A DNA stretch of 64,000 nt from a virus (IMGVR_UViG_3300029928_000009:1-64000), one strand, 5' to 3'. Positions 40,001 through 47,956 are shown, counted from the first letter of the stretch. The notes: generated by a model not told the origin, from the letters alone. Made by a program: numbers and translations.

Positions 40001-41183
40001 AGCCTTTGATGTGCCGGGGGCGACATGGATAGAGAAGGCTTTTGTAGCAAATGCTGCAAGATGGTGTAGAGGTAGCTATATGTTCTTTAATGCTGGAATG
40101 CAAGGCTTGAGAACTTTACAGAAGAATATGGTAAAGCATCCTATAAAGACAACGATTAACATGATAGGAATACCTATGGTACTGGGCGGCTATCTTATAC
40201 CTTTGCTTAACCAAGTCTTGGCAGGAGACGATGGCGAGAAGTATGCAAGTCTGCCGGAGTGGGAAAGAAGGAATAATTTCTGCTTCTACCTTGGCAAGGA
40301 CAAATGGTTGAAGATACCATTGGCAATAGAACTAAGAGCGTTCTACGGGCTTGGCGATGTTGCAAGAAGTGTAGAAGACAAGAGATTGCAGTCGGCCAAT
40401 AATATATGGCTCGATGCCGCTGCACAGCTAACACAGATACTCCCGGTAGACTTCATGGGAGAAGGCATGAGCCCTGTAAATGCAGCAGTGCCAGATTATG
40501 CAAAACCAGTGTGGCAAGTAGCCAATAATGAAGACTGGACTGGTAAGCCGATATATAAGGACTACGATTATATGAAGTACGATCCCGAATATCTGAAGGT
40601 ATATGCAGGTGAGTTCGAGCCATTTGTAAACCTCAGCAAGTTTATAAACAAGGCTTCGGGTGGAACGGCAGTAACAAAAGGTGATTGGGACGGAAAGTGG
40701 AACAATCCTGCGATATGGAACAACATCGTGCAAGGTTATTTCGGTGGAGCAGGAAGTGATGCAACCCGAACCGCAAAGATAGTCAAGAGACTTGTTACGG
40801 GCGACTGGGACGGTTTCTCGACAAGAGAAGTACCGATGGTAAGAGCCATGTATAGCACACCGACAGAAAAGACTGTTTATTACAGAGGTCTGAGCAAGTA
40901 TGCCAAATACAAGGAACTCTCCGACAAGTACGACCACGACATGAGAGTATGGAAGAAGAACCAGGATAACCCGGAGATAAGCATGAAGTATAATGCGGAG
41001 CTACATGGCAACTCATTAGACAAGCGGATAAATGCGTTAATCAAAGAAAACGAAAAAGTGTTCAAGAAATGCCGCAAGATAATCAATAGCGGAGAGTTGA
41101 GCGACGACGAGGCGAAAGCCATGCAGATGCAAATGGATAAAGCAAAGTTGGATTTGGTAAACGAGATTGACAATATGAAATAA
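28032..41183 (+). CDS. 4383-aa large polyvalent (DarB-like) virion-injected protein: DdrB/ParB-like, partial SF2 helicase, LPD3-like, zincin peptidase, LPD38-like domains
   Basis: YDGNGRT (about 32943); TNGTETGKT, DESH and SAT (35274-36005); HRLYGAV..GKIYRVKTT (about 36750); HEVVGH (37329-37346); VNFNRRG...FFNAGMQG (about 39970-40100). Confidence 0.85.
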   Translation: MGGDKFDQLYNALKADGAVSGTRENFKKFVYAPGKQGYQNRLQLYNALHADGAVSSKSYEEFAQKIGLHAVNNTKQPTAQPRSKAAQQAVAYKAPQVPENFGTLDTTTAGQSWLQRQNSESKPVNRINVAKDTPVDVTSRVTGKQGKAPRVVKHNKNEFFTQTQLGDSDLALDYGFEGRTQKVEDDKKRAAALLLDQLTKSDFDEIDKLYAQKSGKLFGKGMISGITTDPNDAMGTMLGSMREASQKYGTDAIIAAYNKAIPSIFSNDSSRKAILEQSKKLGMDPDVFVQQYMLPNIEKSIHDRLVKQHMPKSDMDYVMRGVLNGVGGNLFTRGVMTKTGRDIMNEGHEKYLSNIEERIKDDGVFSKAGVAKYGNTTMGMASDIAAFAGAGKIAGGMMSGLGTGVSLLTNTPLGKRLIGGAITSTSKLVEKYGVEGAARIASFVGNNKTWLGTILTDGAKGTLRSGLTLGNYGAMQYVTGEGYDKAESGDTDNWIGGLFNSYSDEFKTGLKFGVVGAVGSTIGRNVGITGAETSNLQRIKNGIKKASVSTGAFVAESLAFRSDQIAEEWAKDHKINFMDNFIQGACENMAMKLGSGHYKQFSPKNILRSMTMAAGDKSLKLTDTEKRIFLENTDARNLVEACEALEPNHKTQGEGLASENTSGMKYKDRVAVVNKKQRDLSARDAQGNAVGKLQQFLDNKEIPLKLRMKVSAALGGTMGTKIPRASRIVIEQGANGKNIVKEYAEDGELIDAKEHSTYGGAEEDRQERYLRRQDRDFKDEYLNAMDVTTQEDMMSVMELVAKDNGFDSIQDMIHESALRNSQGDDSLDKKIKADYKKRGEEYAGTKAKRVLDIQRAVSEEYKVDLDKAMDKDFMLRTDEENEAIDEFKRRLRGMNTDKNDEAQNKAVAHQDGADLSEQTELEDSEKFTENAKTVNDRQASATAAWMEMVKNTPELEEWMKNNPDATVEEMRDNFGDDVADAYMELSKAKSMKDGFIQNTSQKIEDAVQNQVAQARFTGTMQNKQGAKVATDNTVTIFSDKDGNEYTLVGGDVIVDTAGDGSYSVGKSGLVIFRDKDGNTVQRTNFDGLTEVGTLSAEDYANRVRTTLQERKTAEIQSSETPLPEVQKEEPKGEKKSDEPNGEGESSHKEEDEPYKIGDEVELRDVLFDGEDTDKTRKYKIVGYDKDTKRWKMVGPDGIETLSAETSYLDDNIVKPNKNVPHGRKIITHHLDMLDKAESPEEKLNAISAIRNNVKNGGIITTEEQAKVNKIEQELKEQGYEIVDLTGKEYNGGEKVEISQSISVEPGDPLYDKLEDGQTIIKSVRKPQIMKDGKLYRSAEVITATREDTSVSTVLYDDKLVLGGIQKIKNPSETVLKRIDDLKAEISELEKKKAEELKKTDNNNETEEEIPKFKDGTAVPMNEKGEPDFSKMAPEQGAELYEENFGADAESTLANERKAAEKALKDANKMKISGSGWSEKVKAKKEKEATIAAAQAEIDRVDAIQKALTAKKVEGTLAASKPEIADGEEANTAGSVAAEKFQKASKVVGRKGSRTLADGTKIKGTYMIVPAESLTASHDATNGYKKSEGFPVNEEGRTINDRDYEHDKDAQDVTEQMSAKYDGQAVNQVPTVSDEGIVYDGNGRTMAGQLAAKKGTDKEYIEALKENAEAFGLTAEDVDKIEHPRVIFVPDERLPYDTETFARFNRNEKKSQSNTQEAIANSKKLSAKDVGAIISEMESSGSLDSFFNNPKAINELVKTLVEKGVIGQNEVAGLMDGDLMSAKGREFVQNLLLGAVFKEDTLKMMGIEKGLKSKALNAMRQIMDNAKLGEYSLREEIDKAVQLLYEAKRKGYTVDGLLRQPEMFGESASERYPIEVQIMAKALEGKVADFKEIMEAYNRNAQAYNTGEVDMFGDKPTKEEFINEILKLESWKKYDTRKEQQAEQGTVDDGSTKGSEPETRGDNEKGKGGVKLEDPSNAEEGLRANAEAYKKEEAKEEQPPTDTGTKKWEDMTPEEKGKEADEHPLTEEEIRNGASEENQELVAAAIAYVDGDKSLLNQIAYLKIYGDVRNRHENVPGNSGTEDGTQLAATDNGSGNGLELEPGRGSGGVAEPVDKGAGGETAPGEPESGENGEGGANPPAGKQGDSQGEGGTPGVGGLSAGSTKPEGSGTTGGKGSVGRGGRRGGSGGPSKSDAKRKPTAKQGTIFPDSKGKDVKKETSDAKAAMKAAFAKFKELNKKDKGKLSSSLLFGLENKIPTAEALEYLPEVMKATGRYGIAVMREGIYKAKEWFDSVREAISDDMKDCGFSDEDVDAFIREMWHMPWTMDGETHKIGEWSSIYGYSTLRSKLKEPLKKKFDAQVLAEPTEVKVGDKKNIEETLPFLLPQQQDDVLRAETQFFDESHKDKAHAGGKGYMFTNGTETGKTYTGLGIVKRMVKQGKKRILIITPSQAKVTDWKNDGKNLCLDIRDLDDWAKEHGTTATTEKGEGVVITTFANFRANKSLLEDQFDMVVYDESHRIMENKKGIDTEGSRQHYMLTNRNEDYALMRLEETNEDWQKLKGLAGDFDNARKKKINEIEEQYRKENPSATDRDVRNATQKLYPKDMNSFSVAEKQKFPELGKIYDDYIATISHYETDVKPGLVEQAKKSVDATKVVFLSATPFNSRENIEYAEGYLFSYPERNAMGQSGKMQRWREKMGETYDKYSQMEKTEQNGDKQAVFGELKELACKLAGMTEDEMRRYLTSKNSKGYDDGGVRFRMELGKTFSDSKEDFDGVRDRAVEEKGIVMPNLNKESVKVVSVEKHRFGEDVGKMLDNAEEWAKSNLVTTDKSNLPTMRDGTPYTISKNAIDKYLSSSATKKSDNLGVHLSVLPNLKDVIHESIETEIHPDYNKGEDGNRSIGNGYGNNVLVHRLYGAVKLDGKIYRVKTTMQEFRGGEENKPHSYEVTRIELLEGSEAAKESDSLHVSRTTNNSISAAKLLNGVGKSYDKGKKLLDESKDLADGETRFRKDESENATSGELTPREREQQEQMEKHRATVLKTTEKLNTRTTIHDSLEDIENETVRKAIENGEKVKAWYDMKTGEVHLYLPNVTDKYDAQKSIVHEVVGHKGMRNLLGESGYRDMMRRMYTHLSAEEAAEVNERMMKNGWDFYTAMDEWVADKAEESVWTPQEYPKYIGLSNLWSHIKHYVTEAIHKAGYNINPNVDDVKYWLWESKRALQNGDTYTEMKRNSFLWRLNHGTGKETLDDVINSPAYNHGDAQESVRYRKETSDDAMIEEAKTLFRKGSLDYSKNDTPQETATKDAIEQRLGSWQYRETEAWKDNMASLDTTQKEMSKSIKNFDSSMDVYHGAINQSSVVAEKRANFERRELKDLQQALRKPTKALGGGERGYENVNMYIYMKSGLERNRVLLVRDVANNIDTRIKKFNAELRENDPKANVITFTGIEQYRDEFHAEKDYLTTLLEQGQIDLHQYYDKLDKFIRDFEFTKTGDKAVDAKIDKLNKWYKDSVADKYDPNGNDYSGISSIVQYRVNGQFSDSAIIDAVMQAENTIGIDDVENLWSAVRGVTGYALESDHKYGIVSSAAKDRAKGMFNWYIPMRGFKEDSMEDSYAYMHSDSNKLASSSLKTAKGRTTLAQSPLGTAAAMAERAISRGEDNANKQRMYRLANAWLKEHTEEDGNGGMRLTEVPPVMVSDVWYEKKYDSLGNEYWEVATPDIKPDMSAEAIRKEITDFENDMKAKQAKGGATKTLQKGGYAKPFEDPMHKKQNIVTVWFGGKQRQIIFTGNPRAAQALNGELKSDEHGNRLMRFMGSMFTSYNVTFSVSNLSRDTLFANNNISIKENAEYYARFTAMQARLLGGQTIGMLTANVHEKVRGEYFNMWAHYKQGKAPKGDLEKLFYEFMDNGGKTGFVKTKTIDNFEDEIRKNAGGRKAMETVGKVLHSLPEVIEGLNERAENLNRFACYATSRKMGRSIMRSITDAKEVSVNFNRRGLGAKAFDVPGATWIEKAFVANAARWCRGSYMFFNAGMQGLRTLQKNMVKHPIKTTINMIGIPMVLGGYLIPLLNQVLAGDDGEKYASLPEWERRNNFCFYLGKDKWLKIPLAIELRAFYGLGDVARSVEDKRLQSANNIWLDAAAQLTQILPVDFMGEGMSPVNAAVPDYAKPVWQVANNEDWTGKPIYKDYDYMKYDPEYLKVYAGEFEPFVNLSKFINKASGGTAVTKGDWDGKWNNPAIWNNIVQGYFGGAGSDATRTAKIVKRLVTGDWDGFSTREVPMVRAMYSTPTEKTVYYRGLSKYAKYKELSDKYDHDMRVWKKNQDNPEISMKYNAELHGNSLDKRINALIKENEKVFKKCRKIINSGELSDDEAKAMQMQMDKAKLDLVNEIDNMK

Positions 41184-41191
41184 GCAATAAA

Positions 41192-41228
41192 AAAAAGAAA
41201 GGATGGCGAATGGCTGTCCTTTCTTTTT
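41192..41228. terminator. Bidirectional terminator
   Basis: AAAAAGAAAGGA...TCCTTTCTTTTT between convergent operons. Confidence 0.75.
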
Positions 41229-41251
41229 GTATGGTAGGTGTTTTAGGTTTG

Positions 41252-41881
41252 TTAAGGGAAAGGGTGCATGCCTTTTCGGAGTTTGCCCGGCTTGTAAGAA
41301 CAAAGGGCATTGTGAATTTCCTCAAAGGCAAGTTCCTTCTGCTGTTCCTTGGTAGCCGTAACAGGGTCGTTTGGAGTGAGGTAGAGAAGAAGATACTCGT
41401 ATATGCAACCGTTGACAATAAAGTCGTGAACGGCATTAGAGAGCGGTTCAAGAGCATTAGAGTTCCACCAATCACCGATAGAAAGAACGAGGTCAATCTC
41501 CTCTTTATCCTTGATATTATTAGAAGTAGAAAGAATACGCTCCTCCTTCAACACAGAAGCGAGCTTACGCTTAACCAAAGAAAGATACTTGCCAAACCAC
41601 CGGTCGATAAGCGGACGGACAGCATCAATATTCTCGATATTGTTGTCTTGCGCCTGCGCTTCATTTCGGCGAGACTTCGTGATAATACTAAGCTGCGCCT
41701 CAATATCGTAGATAACTTGCGCACGCATGATATAAATATGATATGTGTCCTTCTGTTCGCAGCAGCACCGAGTGGCTTTGCCAGTCATTTCGTCGCAAGC
41801 ACGCTGGAGAACAGGGTCAAGAGCATAACGCTCAACGGCATCACACTGAGGATTGTCCGGGTCGTGAAAAATCTGTTCCAT
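41252..41881 (-). CDS. Putative head-tail adaptor/neck protein
   Basis: Helical, 209 aa, in the terminase operon; VHDFIVNGCIYEYL motif parallels that of 42355-43131. Confidence 0.5.
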   Translation of the reverse strand: MEQIFHDPDNPQCDAVERYALDPVLQRACDEMTGKATRCCCEQKDTYHIYIMRAQVIYDIEAQLSIITKSRRNEAQAQDNNIENIDAVRPLIDRWFGKYLSLVKRKLASVLKEERILSTSNNIKDKEEIDLVLSIGDWWNSNALEPLSNAVHDFIVNGCIYEYLLLYLTPNDPVTATKEQQKELAFEEIHNALCSYKPGKLRKGMHPFP

Positions 41882-41882
41882 A

Positions 41883-42338
41883 CTAATTTGATTTTATAAA
41901 GTGATAATATACATACATGAACGCATACCCCAAGAAGAGAGCGTAGATGTGGATAAGAAGATTAATGCCGGGGAGAAGTCCGAAGACAACAGTCCACGGA
42001 AGAATCTTTCTGCACATAATGCCCAACCCTTTAGTCGGAGCCCAAGTAGTGCCGAGGTGGGCAAACAGGAGAGCCGACATGCCGACAGTAGGGACGTTAG
42101 GCATAGGCAGGAAAGAAGCGGCAACAGCAGCAAGCCAAGCAAAGGCATTGACACTTTTCCCGAAAGAAAGAAGCACAAAGACATTTGCAAGCAAGTGAAA
42201 TATATTGGCATGGGAAAAGATATACAACAGATGGTTAAAGTCATATACATTCCAAACCATAGGGTAATGGAATCCACAGATGAAAGCCACCGCCATAAGT
42301 ACAGCCAGTATATTGTTCTGCCAGTTGCGGAAGAACAT
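41883..42338 (-). CDS. Rhomboid-family intramembrane serine protease (minimal, about 151 aa)
   Basis: FSHANIFHLLAN (H....H...N), catalytic VGMSA (GxS), TM6 INLLIH; about 6 hydrophobic segments. Confidence 0.8.
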   Translation of the reverse strand: MFFRNWQNNILAVLMAVAFICGFHYPMVWNVYDFNHLLYIFSHANIFHLLANVFVLLSFGKSVNAFAWLAAVAASFLPMPNVPTVGMSALLFAHLGTTWAPTKGLGIMCRKILPWTVVFGLLPGINLLIHIYALFLGYAFMYVYYHFIKSN

Positions 42339-42354
42339 CGGACCGCCGGGAGAA

Positions 42355-43131
42355 CTAAACGTTATCGTCATTGACATTAACCAAGATTAGAGCCTTAACC
42401 GTAGGGTCGTGTCGGGAATACAACTGAATGGTAGCCGAACCGCAATCCTTGGCAAAAACAGAAACCAAGCCATTCTCAACCTTATCCACAGAAACAGCAT
42501 TAAGATTAAGCGAAGACACCTCTACATCATCAATATCCCCCTGCTTGATAGAATACTGGAGCTTGTAAGTATTACCCTTGATAATATTCTGCGGTTCGGT
42601 GGGGGCAGAAATAGTTTTAGGGTAGGGATAAGCAGGCGGTTGAGGTGGCAAACGGTTAAAGCACCTCATGATAGGAGTAAGCGTCTTGTCAGACAAGTTA
42701 AGGAAAATCTCGGCCCTTTGAGGGTTGATGTTCTCCCACCAAAGCATAAGCATCTTGTTCTTGATATAATCAGACCCAAGACGTGCGAGAGAGTCCACGT
42801 AAGCATCATTAAACCTGTCAGACAAGAACATGCGGTATTTCACGGCAGACGAATCAGACATATCAAGGAGAACGGCATTATCCGCCGTAGTCTGTCTGCC
42901 CTGTACTGCGTAATCAGAGAAAAATGTTTTAAGTTCCTCGGCAGCCGTAAGCATATCACGCTCCAGTTTGCGCTCGATATAAAGGTCATCGCCAACCGCC
43001 TCGTGGTAAGCAAGACGAGAAGCCTTCTCATCAGCTGCACGATCAGCATTAGAGGTAATAAGTGTTTCAGATTTCACAGCGTCAATAATAGTAGAACGCA
43101 GTAAAGTAAGTTGTATCGTTTTCATATTCAA
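42355..43131 (-). CDS. Neck/adaptor-like virion protein with C-terminal Ig-like domain
   Basis: Helical N-terminus; C-terminal VSSLNLNAVSVD...G.ATIQLYS resembles Big_2-type Ig. Confidence 0.55.
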   Translation of the reverse strand: MNMKTIQLTLLRSTIIDAVKSETLITSNADRAADEKASRLAYHEAVGDDLYIERKLERDMLTAAEELKTFFSDYAVQGRQTTADNAVLLDMSDSSAVKYRMFLSDRFNDAYVDSLARLGSDYIKNKMLMLWWENINPQRAEIFLNLSDKTLTPIMRCFNRLPPQPPAYPYPKTISAPTEPQNIIKGNTYKLQYSIKQGDIDDVEVSSLNLNAVSVDKVENGLVSVFAKDCGSATIQLYSRHDPTVKALILVNVNDDNV

Positions 43132-43163
43132 AAAAAATTATAAGACAAATAAGACTGATAGGA

Positions 43164-43643
43164 CTAATACTGTGTAACAGACCCGGTAGTATTCACGAGA
43201 GGGTCAGAACTTGTAAGATACCCCGACTTGTAGAAGATAGAATTGCGGAGCGAGACAAGATTAGCATCAGCCTCGTCCGCATAAATCTTAGCATAGTCAG
43301 GAAGAACAGAAGCAACATGGCGGGCAATACAGAAAGCCACCACATAGCCGAGCGTAGCATCGTTGAAATACTCCGTTAGGTCGTCGGCATCCCTACCCCC
43401 ATTGATGGAGAAGAGATAATCATCTCCATCCTTATGATAATCGGAGATGCGTTCGGGCGCAACAGCCCATAAGGCATGAAGCGCCTCGCGAATATATTGC
43501 TCGACAATTATCTTCTCCCTTGAAGAAAGAATGGCGTTAGTGTAAACAGACTCGCCCTCTTTAGTTCTGATGCGAGAAGCAAGAGACCCGATGCGGTCGT
43601 TGGCAAGGTCGAAGACCTGTGATATGTTTATTTTCAGTTTCAT
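43164..43643 (-). CDS. Putative adaptor-like virion protein
   Basis: Helical ORF directly after the terminase. Confidence 0.5.
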   Translation of the reverse strand: MKLKINISQVFDLANDRIGSLASRIRTKEGESVYTNAILSSREKIIVEQYIREALHALWAVAPERISDYHKDGDDYLFSINGGRDADDLTEYFNDATLGYVVAFCIARHVASVLPDYAKIYADEADANLVSLRNSIFYKSGYLTSSDPLVNTTGSVTQY

Positions 43644-43692
43644 ATTTTCTTGTTTTTGTTATAAGACTAATAGGACTGACAAGACGGATAGT

Positions 43693-45819
43693 TTATATCG
43701 AAGCTTCGGAGACACCCTCGTGCGTACGCTCACGTTGATAATGTATGCGCCAAGAAGGTCTGTCCATATCCGACATAGACACCCAAAGAGCGATAGCCGT
43801 AGACATGACAATATCATCATGGTTGTCTTTGCCGCGGATATTTCCAAGAGAACCATCATCATGGCGCTCATAGATGCGCAGCTCATTGTAGCAAGCCTCG
43901 TCTGGCTCGTCCCAAAGTTTATCCTCAACACTTGCAATCATATTATCAATAAGCTGAGTTTTGGTGAGCTTGTTAGTTTGGAAACCCCATTTCATTTCCT
44001 TCTTGTCAGCCACCTCCTCCGAACCGACAGAACGCTGATAGAGGTTAGGGTAGAAGTCGGCAATCTCCTCGATGATAGTAGCGAAGTGGTCGCCCTCAGC
44101 ATTAGAGTTACGTTCACGGTCGGCAGTATTGGACTCAATGACAAGTAAGGCATCGTCATAGAAATGAGCGAGAGCCGCAGCTTTCCACGCAAGAATATCG
44201 TGTCGGCAATGCCCTCGCCACCTTGCAACAACCTGCGGAACACCACCCTTCATCTCCGGCATAAGTCCCTTGCGGTCGAGAACCGTCATTACAGTATAGT
44301 CAGAGCGCACACTCTTACCGCCAATATCCACAGCCACCAAGTAGCGGTTGCGAATATCGAGAATGTTGTTGTTCGGCAGTTGCCAAATCTTCAAATCCCC
44401 GTCGTCATTAAAATTAATCTTAGCCGATTTGTACAAGTCGCGGCATTTCTTCATGCTGTACGGCAGTTGAATATCCGCCCTATAAGTAGGAGTACGCTTG
44501 AACATCTGCTGCATCTCGTCAATAGAGTAAGCGTCAAAGACAAGATTGCCAGCATTTCGGAAAGCCTCCACCGGGTCAACAGGAGCCTCAGTAGCAAAGT
44601 GGGCATGGTCGGAATATCGGTTGCGGTTGATGCGGTACCAGTTGATAGCATTAAAGCAAGCACCAAGGTTCCACAGCCTCCAGAAGAACTTACCTGATTC
44701 GCGATAACCCTTAGAGTAAGTATTGCTATCCTTATTCTCAATCAGCCACCTCGCAAATTCATAATCATTATCCACCTTCTCCATATCCTTTTCAAGATAG
44801 TAGAAAGGAATGAAAATAAACTTATAGGCATCATTATTGTCCGGGTTCATTGCAGACTGGCACTTGTCGTAGAAAAAACCAGCCATACCCTTACCCGTAG
44901 ACTCAAACACCTCAATGTTGTCGGGAATATGTTCAAGACCACCCGACACGGCAGAGAGGACATCTTCCGGGTCGTGTCCGTCAGTGGATTTCCAACTCGC
45001 CACTTCGGAGTAATGTGCGCAGTGGAAGTTATCACCACGGACATTCTCAAAGTTCTCAAAAGACGCTACCGTGATAGTGGAAGTACGGATAGGCTTCTGT
45101 CCGTCAGAAACAACAAAGTCGTCAGTGGACCCCTCGTAGGGCGACATCATAAGTTGTTTGCCATTAGCACCGACAGTCCAGCCAGCCTGCGCCTCAATAG
45201 CCTTGCGGTACATAGCCTTAATCTTTTTAGACGTGCCCTTGACCTGTGCGAGGACAATAGAGTTCCAACCATCGGGATGGCGGAAGTCCTGCATCCACTT
45301 GATATAAAGCTGAGTAAGAGTAGAACCGCCCCATTGTCGAGCTTTAAGAATAACGACAAAGATAGGCTGTCGCGACTTGCGGAGTTTCTCAAAGAGGGCA
45401 AGCAACCTTCGCTGAGGATAATTCAGTTTAAACTTGATAAAAGCACCGGACCGCTTATCGACAATCTTGTCGGTAAGATACATCGCGAACTCTGGATCTT
45501 CGCGCATGCGAGCCTTGCAAATCTCCATAGTAACCGCAGAGTGGAGAACATCAGAATACTGCTTGCCCCACACATCAGTAATATACCTATATATAGACCC
45601 GGCATGCACGACATCAGTAAAGAGCCTATTAAGCAAGCACTCCTTGGGTACATACATAATCGGGTAGACAAAATCAGCAATCTCAACCTTGATACGATTG
45701 TCAAAGTCGTAACATCCGACACCCGTGATAGGGTCGTAATCGCCAAAAATCTCTTTCATTCGGCGAGAGTTTTCTGCAACAATGGCGGTAATTTCTCTAT
45801 CAATATCCTCTAAATTCAT
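43693..45819 (-). CDS. terL: Terminase large subunit
   Basis: ILKARQWGGST, HYSEVASW, FESTGKG, VAVDIGG...DYTV, IESN, HDDIVMS. Confidence 0.93.
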   Translation of the reverse strand: MNLEDIDREITAIVAENSRRMKEIFGDYDPITGVGCYDFDNRIKVEIADFVYPIMYVPKECLLNRLFTDVVHAGSIYRYITDVWGKQYSDVLHSAVTMEICKARMREDPEFAMYLTDKIVDKRSGAFIKFKLNYPQRRLLALFEKLRKSRQPIFVVILKARQWGGSTLTQLYIKWMQDFRHPDGWNSIVLAQVKGTSKKIKAMYRKAIEAQAGWTVGANGKQLMMSPYEGSTDDFVVSDGQKPIRTSTITVASFENFENVRGDNFHCAHYSEVASWKSTDGHDPEDVLSAVSGGLEHIPDNIEVFESTGKGMAGFFYDKCQSAMNPDNNDAYKFIFIPFYYLEKDMEKVDNDYEFARWLIENKDSNTYSKGYRESGKFFWRLWNLGACFNAINWYRINRNRYSDHAHFATEAPVDPVEAFRNAGNLVFDAYSIDEMQQMFKRTPTYRADIQLPYSMKKCRDLYKSAKINFNDDGDLKIWQLPNNNILDIRNRYLVAVDIGGKSVRSDYTVMTVLDRKGLMPEMKGGVPQVVARWRGHCRHDILAWKAAALAHFYDDALLVIESNTADRERNSNAEGDHFATIIEEIADFYPNLYQRSVGSEEVADKKEMKWGFQTNKLTKTQLIDNMIASVEDKLWDEPDEACYNELRIYERHDDGSLGNIRGKDNHDDIVMSTAIALWVSMSDMDRPSWRIHYQRERTHEGVSEASI

Positions 45820-45836
45820 ACGCTCCTATATTAAAG

Positions 45837-47804
45837 TTAAGCCGACTGCATCATCTGCTGAGCCTGCTGTACATTCTGTTCGGACTGCGCCTGCTGCTGC
45901 GGAGACATACCCTGCTGCTGCATGGCAAGTTGCTGCTGCATCTGCTGCTGCATCTCGTTAGATTCAAGCTGTTGCAGAAGTCGGTCGCTAAACGGAAGAT
46001 TGACACACTGGAGATACTGCTGAATGTTGATAGCTCCAAGCTGGAGAAGTTGCAGAGCTGTATCATTGACCTGCGTCTGATAAGCGGCAGTTGCGGCACT
46101 CTCCTTGATAGAAACCTTGAACATGACATCACGAGCCGAGAGACGGTCGTATTCAATAAGGTTAGTATTATCCTTGTTGAGAATAAGCCTTCCATCATCG
46201 TAATACTGCTTGATATTGGAAACCTTCTTACGGGTAAGCTTCTCCGTAAATACAGTCATATCAGAAAGGAGAGAATAAAGCGATGTGGTGGCGTTCTGCT
46301 GTTCAAGCGAGTATCGGGAAGCCGAAGTTCCGGCAGACGGAGTCTTGCCCTGCAAGGCACCACTGACATTTGTAATCTCCCTTGTGAGGTTAAGCTGCAT
46401 CTGGAGAAGTTCGGTAGTACCGATCTGAACGGCATTAGAAGTGATAATCTCCGGTCGGGCATTAGGGTTAAGACGAGAAGTTTCGTAGAAAATGATACCG
46501 TCATATTCCGTAAACTCATCAGCAAAATCCTGTGGTGTCATATCATCCGGAATACAACTCTTAGGAACAATAGTGATACCCTTAGCCGAAGAGCGGGCAG
46601 CCATATCATGCATGACGATAAGGCGGTTGATATACCTTTGTTGGTCGATGATGTTAGACATAAACGGGTGCACCTCGCCATTGACAAACGGGAAAAGCTT
46701 AACAGTAAACGGATGGCTATTGAACTCATAAGGCGATTCCCCTTCACAAAGAATAGTGCCATCGGGAGTAAGGAAAGTGTAATACCAATAAGAGTCTACA
46801 ATAAGTTCAGCCTTGATATAAGCACGCTGCTCCTTGGGCACTCCAGCTTGGTCGTAGATTTTCTTTCTGCCCACATTGATAGCACGAACCTTATCAATAT
46901 CCCCGAGTTCGCAACGGAAACGAGCATCATCAGCGTTTGTGGCAATAGGGTCAACACATTGATAGCGCATCTTTGTTTCCTTAGTCCACACTTCAATAAC
47001 ACGGCGGAAAGACTTGTTGGCAGGAGACGTAAAGGAAAGATTTTCAAGAGTATTCTCTTCATTCTGTTGAAGTCCCGAAGATTCATCAAAATCCTCGTTA
47101 AAAGAAAAGATAGTATCAATATCATCAACAGACAAGCCAAATTCGGGTTTGGCAAATTTAGAATAAAGCTCCGGGCGAGAGCAGTCATGAAGCATTCCGA
47201 TAAGCGTAACGTCTTGGTGTCGCGGGTCAGAACCGCCTTCCCAAAATGCGAAGTTAGGATTAACATAGTCCGTCCAAGTATCAAATAACCCATCACGCTC
47301 CTCGTAACTTTCACGAACGATAGCAACACCGCCTGTGAGATAGTCTTTAAAGACGGTATTAAGGACATCGGGCATAAATGTATCTTGCCAGTTCGCCTGG
47401 GTAGTTGCGGACATCATATCAGACAACCACTGGGCATCGTGTGCACGAGCAAAACAAACAGGCTCGGTGGCTTGCTTAGCATACAGACCAGCCACCGTAT
47501 TGAAGATAGAAATCATAATATTGTTGGTAAGCGGAACATTACCTTTACGTTTAAGATATTCACGTTCCGTGACGTATCCACACTTGTAGTAAATGACATC
47601 TCCCCATTGGTCGCCAAACGTGTAATTGTTGGTCCGCTCACGCACCTCCCTAATATTCCTTTTAGTCTCCCAAGCCTTGTTGCATCTTGTTACGAGGTCG
47701 GGGTCGTGTTTGCATTGCGATAGCCTTGCCTTTCTACGCTTCACCGTATCGGTATGATGTGAAGGCATGACATCGCTAAGAGTAGGTAAATTTTTTACAG
47801 TCAT
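45837..47804 (-). CDS. Portal protein (P22/podovirus-like)
   Basis: 655 aa adjacent to terL; FGDQW, NNIM, IDQQRYINRL, SGALQG motifs; Gln-rich tail. Confidence 0.85.
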   Translation of the reverse strand: MTVKNLPTLSDVMPSHHTDTVKRRKARLSQCKHDPDLVTRCNKAWETKRNIREVRERTNNYTFGDQWGDVIYYKCGYVTEREYLKRKGNVPLTNNIMISIFNTVAGLYAKQATEPVCFARAHDAQWLSDMMSATTQANWQDTFMPDVLNTVFKDYLTGGVAIVRESYEERDGLFDTWTDYVNPNFAFWEGGSDPRHQDVTLIGMLHDCSRPELYSKFAKPEFGLSVDDIDTIFSFNEDFDESSGLQQNEENTLENLSFTSPANKSFRRVIEVWTKETKMRYQCVDPIATNADDARFRCELGDIDKVRAINVGRKKIYDQAGVPKEQRAYIKAELIVDSYWYYTFLTPDGTILCEGESPYEFNSHPFTVKLFPFVNGEVHPFMSNIIDQQRYINRLIVMHDMAARSSAKGITIVPKSCIPDDMTPQDFADEFTEYDGIIFYETSRLNPNARPEIITSNAVQIGTTELLQMQLNLTREITNVSGALQGKTPSAGTSASRYSLEQQNATTSLYSLLSDMTVFTEKLTRKKVSNIKQYYDDGRLILNKDNTNLIEYDRLSARDVMFKVSIKESAATAAYQTQVNDTALQLLQLGAINIQQYLQCVNLPFSDRLLQQLESNEMQQQMQQQLAMQQQGMSPQQQAQSEQNVQQAQQMMQSA

Positions 47805-47824
47805 AATAAAACGTTTTATGCAGG

Positions 47825-47956
47825 CAAAAATAGAGATATAGGGTTTTTGTTTTTCCGTTGGCGCAATATGGGAGAGGCGTGAGGCGATAGTAAAATGCCG
47901 TAAAAAGCCCCAAACAAGCGGTATCGGAAAAAGAAAAGCGACAAGGATATATATTT
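47825..47956. promoter_or_regulatory. Divergent late promoters
   Basis: TATTTTTG on - (about 47825-47832) toward portal; TATATTTG on + (about 47950-47957) toward scaffold. Confidence 0.5.

Noticed and set aside
28032-41183. Giant ORF as tape measure or crAss-type virion RNA polymerase
   Set aside because: No tape-measure repeats and no DxDxD polymerase motif recognised; polyvalent-protein motifs fit better
44929-47288. Long + strand ORFs (294 aa, 452 aa) over terminase and portal
   Set aside because: Antisense shadows of well-supported genes; no motifs recognised
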